A stretch of 64,000 nt of DNA from a virus, in the IMG/VR virus record IMGVR_UViG_3300005289_000004, positions 1-64,000 of that record. The stretch is one strand, 5' to 3'. Every line of letters starts with the position of its first letter. Position 1 is the first letter of the stretch. The translations under genes were made by a program, and so were the position numbers. Below, in pieces: positions 1 through 8,102 of this stretch. The notes under the pieces were generated by a model that saw only the letters and a program-made list of their open reading frames with translations, had not been told where the DNA came from and did not search any database.

Positions 1-756
1 TATTAACTGGTAGCCTCCCCTTGCATTACTTTGACCGCCCATAATGTCCGTTACGTGTGGAATTGGGTAGTATTTAATTTGACTGTCCTTATCGACTATA
101 AGCTCAACATCTCTACAGTGCGATGATAGTATGGTATGAACCTTTAAAGCTAAACTGTAATCAGCAATTGTATCATGCAAGTGTAGTACATAATCTTGAA
201 CTGACATTTTAGATTCTTCTGAACTCCTAGAAATATAATTTGCAGGGTCTATGAACAACAGTTTTATTTTACAACCGTACTCAATCTCAGCCTCTTTACA
301 AAGTCTAAAAACATCAGTTATGGTTACTGGTGCAAGTGGATTCTCTTTTGTACGTTTAGGTCTTTCTAAGAAAATAAATCGGTCTGACACCCATTGTAAA
401 GCCTCAATGAAATCTCCGTCACTAACATGATTTTTATATTGACCGTATAATGTTAAGCCTAGTTTTTGTTGTACAACAGCACTTATTAACTCCTCTCTTG
501 TTCTAAACTCAGGGCTGAATATACTGATAACTGTATCTGGCTCTCTTTCACAGATACCAACCAGTAAATCTAAAGCTAAAACACTTTTACCAGTATGCGC
601 ATAGCTAAACAGTAAACTGCTATAACCAATTTTAAAACTGATAATTTCGTCTAGCGTATGAAAACCTGTTAGTATACCCCGTTCAAAGTTCTTTTCTCTA
701 TTTTTAATAACTGAATTTATTTCGTCTTTAGCTCTATAGAACTGTTTATCGCTCAT
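1..756 (-). CDS. DnaB/T7 gp4-like replicative helicase (truncated by window edge)
   Basis: Read manually (not in ORF track): MSDKQFYRAKDEINSVIKNREKNFERGILTGFHTLDEII...; Walker A YAHTGKS, Walker B LLFIDP; open to position 1. Confidence 0.85.
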   Translation of the reverse strand, partial: MSDKQFYRAKDEINSVIKNREKNFERGILTGFHTLDEIISFKIGYSSLLFSYAHTGKSVLALDLLVGICEREPDTVISIFSPEFRTREELISAVVQQKLGLTLYGQYKNHVSDGDFIEALQWVSDRFIFLERPKRTKENPLAPVTITDVFRLCKEAEIEYGCKIKLLFIDPANYISRSSEESKMSVQDYVLHLHDTIADYSLALKVHTILSSHCRDVELIVDKDSQIKYYPIPHVTDIMGGQSNARGGYQLI

Positions 757-1104
757 TTATTTTCCTTTATTTAGCATGTTAACTATACTGAATTTTTCAT
801 GGTTCTTCTGCCAGCGGGATAACCTAAGTTTAATATCAAAGGTCTTCTCGTATTGAAATCTCATCTTTCTCTTACCCTTTCCTTTTTCAAGCCAATACTT
901 ACCGAAAGAATTGCACATATCTTTACCGTAGATTTCAATGTATGGTCGTAACTCCTCTATAAACTCATTCTTAGCTTCTTCAAGGCTTTTAATCTTAGGA
1001 TGGTATATTTCCTCTATCTTATCGAGAAAGTCGCTTAGATGGTCTGTAAACTCGTGTGTTGCAAACAGAGCCTGTAGCTGTTGTTTAGTAGTGATCTCGG
1101 TCAT
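757..1104 (-). CDS. Putative replication initiator/helicase loader
   Basis: Abuts helicase; C-terminal FGKYWLEK..KMRFQYEKTFDIKLRLSRW resembles Bacteroidota phage initiator C-termini; start moved to MTEITTKQ. Confidence 0.5.
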   Translation of the reverse strand: MTEITTKQQLQALFATHEFTDHLSDFLDKIEEIYHPKIKSLEEAKNEFIEELRPYIEIYGKDMCNSFGKYWLEKGKGKRKMRFQYEKTFDIKLRLSRWQKNHEKFSIVNMLNKGK

Positions 1105-1258
1105 CTTCCATCCAATCAAGAAATCCGTCTTCGTCAATTTCATCTTCGTCACTATAGTCGGGTTCCCAATTTGCTTTACAGTTTGAGCAGAATCCCAAAC
1201 CTTCTTCTCTGTTATTTAATCCTATGCCACACTCAGGGCAGTAATCTAAATTTCTCAT
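1085..1258 (-). CDS. CPxCG zinc-ribbon microprotein with acidic tail (57 aa)
   Basis: MRNLDYCPECGIGLNNREEGLGFCSNCKANWEPDYSDEDEIDEDGFLDWMEDDRDHY; below ORF-track cutoff. Confidence 0.65.
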   Translation of the reverse strand: MRNLDYCPECGIGLNNREEGLGFCSNCKANWEPDYSDEDEIDEDGFLDWMEDDRDHY

Positions 1259-1276
1259 AATTTATTATTTAAAGTT

Positions 1277-1408
1277 TTAATACTCATCAGGTTCATTACA
1301 AGTACACCAATACTCAGTCAAACCACACCACTAACACTCTCCACAGTCACAATCATCTATGTGATTACCGCATTCAGGGCAATCAAAAAGTTCTTCTATG
1401 TTAATCAT
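1277..1408 (-). CDS. Cys-rich CPxCG microprotein with in-frame TAG (readthrough or pseudogene)
   Basis: MINIEELFDCPECGNHIDDCDCGEC*WCGLTEYWCTCNEPDEY; TAG at 1331-1333. Confidence 0.5.
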
Positions 1409-1503
1409 AACAAATCCTCCTCATCACAAAAACAATAGAAGTAAGTCTCTCCGCAACAAGGGCAAATAATATCTCCATTTAAGTTTATTATTACATAATT
1501 CAT
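1405..1503 (-). CDS. CPxCG microprotein (32 aa)
   Basis: MNYVIINLNGDIICPCCGETYFYCFCDEEDLL; ATGA overlap with next ORF. Confidence 0.55.
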   Translation of the reverse strand: MNYVIINLNGDIICPCCGETYFYCFCDEEDLL

Positions 1504-1504
1504 T

Positions 1505-1747
1505 TCAATCCTCCTCCAATAAATTAAATTTTAAAAATATCTCTTCGTTATCTGCAAAGTATGGTATTAAACCAATTAAAAATCCTAGCCAAGATAATAG
1601 GCTTAGCTTAATAAGGGAGGTTTTAAACTCCTCCCATTGACTGTTAAACAACCACTTGTTCTCCCTGTATGTGCAATAGTAGGAGCTAAGATTACGTCCG
1701 TAAGAAAGCACTGCACCAACTAGGTAAATCCAGATTAATAGTATCAT
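1505..1747 (-). CDS. Small membrane protein
   Basis: Two hydrophobic segments; ATGA overlap with upstream gene. Confidence 0.6.
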   Translation of the reverse strand: MILLIWIYLVGAVLSYGRNLSSYYCTYRENKWLFNSQWEEFKTSLIKLSLLSWLGFLIGLIPYFADNEEIFLKFNLLEED

Positions 1748-2436
1748 TTTAAAGTTCCGTAAAAGTGATCTGTTGCTATACCTTCTTTCTCTTCTTGTTT
1801 CATAATGAGCATCACATTAAATATAACCGCTGACAAATGGTCTTCATCTTGTTCAACTCCGTTTTGTAAATTAAGCTCGAATTTAGCTAAGTGCCTATGT
1901 AAAGATTCAAGAGCAGTTTCTGTAGGTTGCAATTTTTTCCAGTTCCCTTTGTCGTACTTATTTGCTCCCTGTCTTAGTAGATAACCGAATCTTAATCTAA
2001 GGTAAGGGTCTAAGTGGTTTACTAAAGGTTTATTACTATCATCATCCCGCCTACTTCCTGTGCTAAATTCCCTTATCCCAGCAGTTTTAACAACCTCTCC
2101 AAAATTATCACTACACTCATTTACTTCCTCACTTGCACCTTCAACTTCCCCAATCAATTCTGATACCTTAACAACCGGTAGTTGGTTTTCTTCAATCTCA
2201 TAAGTATCAAAGGCGTTCCACTGTTCTTCATTTTGTTTATAAAAGTATTTAAACTCTCCCCACCCACTATTTCTGACATCATCGTCATCGTCGGGAAAAG
2301 CTAACCGTAACACTCTATCCAAGTCTTCAATAGAACCGTCCCTTTCAATGACAATCTTTCCTGCGGTTAGGTCTGCTATTGTGTAGGTAGGTTTCTCTAA
2401 AACCTGAGCTACTTTAAAACTTTGTTCTGTTTTCAT
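1744..2436 (-). CDS. dATP/dGTP diphosphohydrolase-like (DUF5664) domain protein
   Basis: C-terminal REFSTGSRRD..KPLVNHL..GANKYDKGNWKK..SLHRHL..EDHLSAVIFN. Confidence 0.8.
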   Translation of the reverse strand: MKTEQSFKVAQVLEKPTYTIADLTAGKIVIERDGSIEDLDRVLRLAFPDDDDDVRNSGWGEFKYFYKQNEEQWNAFDTYEIEENQLPVVKVSELIGEVEGASEEVNECSDNFGEVVKTAGIREFSTGSRRDDDSNKPLVNHLDPYLRLRFGYLLRQGANKYDKGNWKKLQPTETALESLHRHLAKFELNLQNGVEQDEDHLSAVIFNVMLIMKQEEKEGIATDHFYGTLK

Positions 2437-2448
2437 AATATGTTTTGT

Positions 2449-3735
2449 TTAAAAATAATGTGTAATACGGGCGATCTGACCGTCATTTAAACTGTGTATA
2501 AAACCTTCAACTGCTTTCTTTGCTCCAACATAGCCGTTATCTGAGTGCCACCTGTCTGATGAAGATGGGCTTCTAAGGTATTCTACTGTTACTCCAATGT
2601 AATCTTTACCAGACTGGAATTTATTTACCTGTTTGTGGTGTATGTGATGTAGGTAGGCATACCTGTACTTAGTTTCACTCCACATAATAGGACTTTCAGT
2701 TGCCATTAGCATGGGTATGTCTTGCATCTTAGCTCCATCTCCATGTGAAAAACAGATCATATTCTGACCGTATTGATAATATTTCCTATGTTGCATGTTT
2801 GTATAGCACCTAACATTACCAGAAGTTCTGTACCAAGATTCCAGTGTTCTAGCTAACATCCATCCTGAGATGTAGTCGTGGTTAGAAACAGAATGCACGA
2901 TGTCGATGTCGTACTCAGATATAACTGAATCAATTAGGGATGTATACAATTTTAAAGCTACGTTAAAGCTCTCTGATATGCTTGTTGCGCTATCTTGAAA
3001 CGTACCTGATGTTGTGGTACTCTTAGCATTATCTGTGTGAAGTATGTCATTACCTACCGCTAACAGAATCTTATTAATGTTGAAGTTTCTAGCTTTATTG
3101 AGGATACCTTGGAAACCTTCTGTAACCCTTTGAACTGCTATCTCTAAATTATAGTCTTCTCCCGTTTGATACACTAATGCCAGCTTACCTATGTGTATGT
3201 CAGCACAGTCTATAACTAACAAATTGTTATCTGCGGTCTTTTCTCGTTTGTAAGTTTTGTAGTTAGGGATGTGGGATTTCATACCCTCAAACAGTTCCTC
3301 TATAAACTCTTTAGTAAACAAGTCTTCGATACCGTCCTCTACACTTTTGGATGCTATGTTATAGTAGGCAGCTTTACCTTGATGTGTAATTAGCTTAAAT
3401 GATTTTACCTGTTCTTTAGGTATGCCATAAAAAGCACAGTACTCTTCGATTGTCATTATAGAACCATCATATTTTAAAGCCGACATAGAATATACAGGGG
3501 CATACTGGTTAGTCTCTGTACTGGTGTAATTGTCTAAGTCTGCATCAAGAGTCGCCATCCGCTCACTTCGTTGCGCCTTAGTTACCCACTTCAACATAGT
3601 TCGTCTGAATGTATCGGTGTATTCGACTTCTAACTGTTCAGCGACTTGCTTTGATTTCTCTGTGTGATTCTGGTTAGCAGGTAGGCTGGAATAGATTTCA
3701 ACAGCCTTGCTTTTGTAAGAGGTATTTTTCCCCAT
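2449..3735 (-). CDS. Calcineurin-like metallophosphoesterase
   Basis: Motifs DxHIG, GNDILH, SNHD, SHGD, HHIHH. Confidence 0.85.
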   Translation of the reverse strand: MGKNTSYKSKAVEIYSSLPANQNHTEKSKQVAEQLEVEYTDTFRRTMLKWVTKAQRSERMATLDADLDNYTSTETNQYAPVYSMSALKYDGSIMTIEEYCAFYGIPKEQVKSFKLITHQGKAAYYNIASKSVEDGIEDLFTKEFIEELFEGMKSHIPNYKTYKREKTADNNLLVIDCADIHIGKLALVYQTGEDYNLEIAVQRVTEGFQGILNKARNFNINKILLAVGNDILHTDNAKSTTTSGTFQDSATSISESFNVALKLYTSLIDSVISEYDIDIVHSVSNHDYISGWMLARTLESWYRTSGNVRCYTNMQHRKYYQYGQNMICFSHGDGAKMQDIPMLMATESPIMWSETKYRYAYLHHIHHKQVNKFQSGKDYIGVTVEYLRSPSSSDRWHSDNGYVGAKKAVEGFIHSLNDGQIARITHYF

Positions 3736-3762
3736 ATCCTATAGTTGAGTTTTTATTTACAA

Positions 3763-3794
3763 CAAATATAGAACAGGGGAATTTAATATCCAAA
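3763..3794 (-). promoter_or_regulatory. Bacteroidota sigma-A-type promoter
   Basis: TTTG-N20-TATATTTG upstream of the metallophosphoesterase gene. Confidence 0.7.
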
Positions 3795-3853
3795 TATTTC
3801 GACAAATTTATTTTAGAAATTCATCTTTACTCTACAATAATGTCTTTCATATT

Positions 3854-4135
3854 TTACACAGCGTCCTTAATAGTCTGCGTTGTTTGCTCAATTTTAGCTT
3901 GTTCAGGGATGGTAATTACCTTAGATGGTTCAAAGAAATTCTTAGATAAATATGCCAATGCACCTGCTATAGCAGCTATACCGATATTTTTCCAGTCAAA
4001 TGTAAGCTCTCCTGACGCTATGGAGTTTTGGATAATAACAATAACTGGCGTCAAGACTGCCATAACTAGACCTCTGGCTACATCTCTGAAACTTAGGCTA
4101 AACTGTTTTGATTCAATAACTTGTACTTCACTCAT
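3854..4135 (-). CDS. Putative holin
   Basis: Two TM segments, directly downstream of endolysin; start MSEVQ. Confidence 0.7.
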   Translation of the reverse strand: MSEVQVIESKQFSLSFRDVARGLVMAVLTPVIVIIQNSIASGELTFDWKNIGIAAIAGALAYLSKNFFEPSKVITIPEQAKIEQTTQTIKDAV

Positions 4136-4151
4136 AATTTTTATGTTTTTT

Positions 4152-4862
4152 TTATAGTTTATAAAATGTGTCGGTTGTATTCTTGCCGGGTATCCCGTCA
4201 ACTTTTAAGCCGTGTTTAGCTTGAAATTCTTTAATAGCTTCTTTAGTTTTATCCCCATAGATTCCATCTGCTGTGATACCTAGCTTATACTGAATCATTT
4301 TCATTTCGTTGTAAGGGTGCAGTCTTGATAGCCAAGAATTAAGGAACTGTTTTTGATTACCTTTAGCTATAGAGTTATAAAAGTCTCTTCGCAGTTTGTT
4401 AAACTCTGTGTGTAGCTGTGAAGGATTGATACTGTTAGCTTGCGTGATGGTTTGGTTTCCTATCTGACCATCCACTTTAAGACTGCCTCCTAAGTTATTA
4501 ACAGCCTCTTGTAGGTATTTAGCTGATCTACCTGTTCCACTGTTAACTCCAAAATCATAGACTGTCTCTGCTAACTGTTGATCTTTTATTTGATCTAGCT
4601 TCAATACGTCCCAAAAGTTTATTTTATAGAACTGACTGATGAGTGCCATTATAACTGGATTAGACTTCACGTACTTATTTATGACAGATGCCTTTGTACC
4701 GTACTTAGCTTTAATCTCATCTATATACTTCCAACCGCCCCATGTAGGCCAGAACTTACGTGCTATTCCAAACGCAGTTTCACCACCTTTGTCATTTGGG
4801 TTGTTAGCCCAACCACCTTCCGCTATACCAGTTTTTGTTTCTGCTATTTTAAACTCTCCCAT
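4152..4862 (-). CDS. Endolysin, GH108 plus peptidoglycan-binding domains
   Basis: EGGWANNPNDKGGETAFGI; LKVDGQIG, TADGIYG, LKVDGIPG repeats; FLNSWLSRL. Confidence 0.9.
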   Translation of the reverse strand: MGEFKIAETKTGIAEGGWANNPNDKGGETAFGIARKFWPTWGGWKYIDEIKAKYGTKASVINKYVKSNPVIMALISQFYKINFWDVLKLDQIKDQQLAETVYDFGVNSGTGRSAKYLQEAVNNLGGSLKVDGQIGNQTITQANSINPSQLHTEFNKLRRDFYNSIAKGNQKQFLNSWLSRLHPYNEMKMIQYKLGITADGIYGDKTKEAIKEFQAKHGLKVDGIPGKNTTDTFYKL

Positions 4863-4889
4863 AACACAAAGGTAACCATACCTAACAGC

Positions 4890-5297
4890 TTATTTTCGTT
4901 TAGGTTCTTTAGCCCACTGTACTATCATATCGAGTGTACCCCATTTAATACCATTCTTTTCACACCACATAGCATAGGTGGTTTTAGATTTTTTGGATAG
5001 CTTTTTATTTGGTTCTTGGAACACTATGCGTATGTCAATTTTAGGGTGCTGTTCTTTTATTAGCAGGTGTTTTTTCCTATCCGTTGTAGAAAATAAACCT
5101 TTGAGTTCCAAATGTATCTGATTATCAAGTATATAATCGGGGAGGTACAAATGTGATGTTGACGGTTTAATGTATCTAATCTTCTTATCCTTTGGTTCGT
5201 ATTCAAACTTAATCTTTGCTGTCTCTAGGATAACTTGTCCACTCGCTTCAAACGATGACCTATGACCTGTTGCTTTACCTCCGAATCGTCTTCTCAT
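4890..5297 (-). CDS. T7 gp3-like endonuclease I (Holliday junction resolvase)
   Basis: RSSFE..FEYE..YLPDY..ELKG..DRKKHLLIKEQHP.IDIRIVF..TTYAMWCEKNG. Confidence 0.9.
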   Translation of the reverse strand: MRRRFGGKATGHRSSFEASGQVILETAKIKFEYEPKDKKIRYIKPSTSHLYLPDYILDNQIHLELKGLFSTTDRKKHLLIKEQHPKIDIRIVFQEPNKKLSKKSKTTYAMWCEKNGIKWGTLDMIVQWAKEPKRK

Positions 5298-6271
5298 ACA
5301 AGTTCTAGATTGGTTGGGTTAGGGTTTACACCCCTTAATCTATCACCTAAAGTTTTTTCTTTGAGATTATATGCTTTACTAGCCTCCCTGATACTGTCAA
5401 AGAAAATTCCTGTAGTAACATCTACAACTTTTCTGGCTAAAGGCTGCTGTCTATCTGTCCCCGATGGTGTGGTTAATGCTTTACCAACGTCCCAACCTAA
5501 ACTCTTTATCCGAGTCTCAAAAACACTCCGTTCTATATTAAATTCTCTACACCATTGCGCGGATGTCTGTGTCTTACCCCTATAGGTGATGTACAAATTT
5601 CTTCTTGTGTTATTAGCTTGTTCGATTGCTGTAGCCCATCTGCAATTGGAAGGTTCATAATCTCCGTTAACATCTTCCCTTTCTATAGAGTGTTGTGGAG
5701 TAGGTTTATACCCCATGTCCTCAAGGAAGTTCTCAAAGGAGCTTAACCATCTGTCACATACTTTTATACCCCTACCTCCATAGTGGTTATAAGAGCTATT
5801 ATTAGGATTGTTACACCTATTGCGTAAGCTGCACCAAGTTATATATTCTGTAGTGTTATCTTTACTGTGTCCATGTGTTTTTCGAGTTTTCTTAGTATTG
5901 TGTGTACAATTGTGCTTACAAAACTTAGTATTACCTGATTTTACGTTTGAAAATAATGTTGAAAACTCATTACCACACTTACATTTAAAATGTCCGTAGC
6001 TTATATTACCTACAACATCCCCCAAATAAATACAGTTTCCAACCTCAGTGTTTTTAACTCTTTGATATTTTCTTTTAGACCTGTTTCTTAGACAACCACA
6101 GCTTTTTGTTTTGTTTTTTACCACCCTATATACGTCTGTTTCAAACAAGTTACTACAATTGCATAAAAACTGAGCCTTATGACTATCTGTTTTGGAGTCC
6201 ACATATTTTACAAAAGTACAGGAGCCTACTATATCACCCTCTTTAAAATTTAAATATTTGTTGTTTGCCAT
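5294..6271 (-). mobile_element. Free-standing HNH homing endonuclease
   Basis: CxC/SCGC repeats, YGGRGIKVCDRW..HSIER.DVNGDYEPSNCRWAT..QANN, C-terminal NUMOD1-like FDSIREA. Confidence 0.85.
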
Positions 6272-6339
6272 ATAAAAATACGGCTAACTTTTTGTGCTAG
6301 CCGTTCCAAAGATACTAAATAAGTTAGTAGTTACAAAAT

Positions 6340-6699
6340 TTACGCTTTTAGAGCCGCAATAACTTGATTTAAGCGTACTTTTAATGCGTTTGAAAGTGCG
6401 ATAGCAGTACTTAAGTCAGATGCGTCAGCAGTAGCAACGGTAGCAAGAGCCGCTACCGCAGTTCTTGATGCTGCACTGTCCCCTACATTTTGTGCTGTTG
6501 CCCATGTACCTCCATCTGGACTGAATTTAATAGTTGCTACGTCTGCATTACTGATAAGCCTTACTGTAGAGTTCTCAGGAAGAGTCTCTGTACCTGCTAC
6601 AATTGCTGCGTAGAGTGTAGGGTCTATTGCCTCGTCTACTGTGTAGAAAGCTGATGCTTTTTTAACTACTGTCTTAGAATTAATGATTGCTGATGCCAT
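6340..6699 (-). CDS. Putative head fibre/decoration protein
   Basis: Ala/Thr-rich; C-terminal helix DLSTAIALSNALKVRLNQVIAALKA resembles head-fibre trimerisation motifs. Confidence 0.5.
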   Translation of the reverse strand: MASAIINSKTVVKKASAFYTVDEAIDPTLYAAIVAGTETLPENSTVRLISNADVATIKFSPDGGTWATAQNVGDSAASRTAVAALATVATADASDLSTAIALSNALKVRLNQVIAALKA

Positions 6700-6731
6700 G
6701 TGTTTTTGTTTTTAAATGATAAAATGTTTTA

Positions 6732-7250
6732 TTAGTTCTTTATAACAATCCAGTCTATTGCTATATTATTAGTACCTACAACAGGTATACTGGCAAAGTT
6801 AATTGTAAATCCTGTGGTTGTTATGTTACTTATCCAACTTGGAACAGCGGCGTTAGCCGATCTTGGGTTCACAACAATGGTCAATGGGGTAAAAGGAAAT
6901 GTCTGACCAAAACTAACTGTGTAAGCAGTTTGTAAAGCTACCCCACTTAAAGTAGAACTTCCTTTAAAAGTATTACCGTTAGATATTCTCTTCCACCTTC
7001 CTGTGGTTACTCCTGTAACTTGTAAAGTTAGAAATCCGTCATCTGCATCAGTGTTGCTTTCATTAAACATGTATAGACCTCCATTACCGTCACCAATAGT
7101 AACAAGTCCATTCAATAGTACTTGTGTGTTTGGCATACCTTTTTGTAGTCTCATATCAGCACGTGTACCAAATGATACTTGAGGTACGTTAACACTTTGA
7201 GAAAAGCACTTAGCAGAGATAAATAGTAGTAAAATAATCAGTTTCTTCAT
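6732..7250 (-). CDS. Fibre/tailspike-like protein with Sec signal peptide
   Basis: MKKLIILLLFISAKCFS|Q; GDGNGGLY..DADDG..GRWKR tailspike module; C-terminal beta domain. Confidence 0.65.
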   Translation of the reverse strand: MKKLIILLLFISAKCFSQSVNVPQVSFGTRADMRLQKGMPNTQVLLNGLVTIGDGNGGLYMFNESNTDADDGFLTLQVTGVTTGRWKRISNGNTFKGSSTLSGVALQTAYTVSFGQTFPFTPLTIVVNPRSANAAVPSWISNITTTGFTINFASIPVVGTNNIAIDWIVIKN

Positions 7251-7254
7251 TTAG

Positions 7255-8100
7255 TTACGGTTTGATTAAAATTGAATATGAGAGGTTGGACGAACCTGAG
7301 ACAGGAGCTACAGTATAGTTTATTGTGACTTGAGTTGAACTGATTGATACGTATGTTACACCTGCGCTAGCAGCATTTAAAGGCTGTACAATGACTTTAC
7401 TTGTTCCACTGATACCTGACAGTCCATGAGTAATAGTTATGGCTGTAGTACTTCCATCTCCGCTTGCAGTATAGTTGGCGAAAGAATTTAAATCAGCTAA
7501 TCTGACAATATCATTACCTGTTGAAGGAGCGGTGGTTATCTGTCCTGTGGTAGCTAGAAAAGAACCATTTACAGCAAGTTTATAGGCTGCATCACTACCA
7601 TCAGTATATCCAACATGCAAATTACCTGTAGCGCCTTTTATGTAAGCCCTCACTTGTTGTGTGGTACTTGTAGCAAAAACTATATCAGCATTAGCACTTC
7701 CTCTACTCTGAAATACTAAATTACTGTTGCTTAAAAACGGATAAGCAGCCCCCGCAGATGAAGATATAAGTATCATGCCATTAGAACCTGTTCCAAAAGC
7801 TGTACCATTCTGTATAATCATAGAACCTGCTGTAACACTGGTAGTTCCTACTAAACTTACCCATGTAGCTGTCCCACTACCTGTTGGTGAGGCTAAGGGG
7901 GCAAAGTCTGCTCTGCTCACCTTATAAACGCCACCATTTGCTTTTTTAGTTAACAAACTATCTGTAGTTGAACCCGTAGCAACGGCACCCAATTTAAACT
8001 TACTCTTTACCCTTACACTATCAAAACCTAATTGGTAATACTGTGCCTTTACACAGGTAAACGAAATAAGTAAAATGCTTAATGATATAATCTTTCTCAT
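7255..8100 (-). CDS. Tail-fibre-like protein with Sec signal peptide
   Basis: MRKIISLSILLISFTCVKA|Q; GNLHVG..AYKLAVNGS fibre repeat; C-terminal domain paralogous to 6732-7250. Confidence 0.65.
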   Translation of the reverse strand: MRKIISLSILLISFTCVKAQYYQLGFDSVRVKSKFKLGAVATGSTTDSLLTKKANGGVYKVSRADFAPLASPTGSGTATWVSLVGTTSVTAGSMIIQNGTAFGTGSNGMILISSSAGAAYPFLSNSNLVFQSRGSANADIVFATSTTQQVRAYIKGATGNLHVGYTDGSDAAYKLAVNGSFLATTGQITTAPSTGNDIVRLADLNSFANYTASGDGSTTAITITHGLSGISGTSKVIVQPLNAASAGVTYVSISSTQVTINYTVAPVSGSSNLSYSILIKP

Positions 8101-8102
8101 AA

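Noticed and set aside
1283-1290. Hammerhead ribozyme core CTGATGAG
   Set aside because: Lies in a coding frame and lacks a convincing stem II followed by GAAA.
1744-2436. Z-genome or other modified-base pathway suggested by DUF5664, MazG and HD genes
   Set aside because: No PurZ or other base-modification enzyme in this window; these families are common in ordinary phages.
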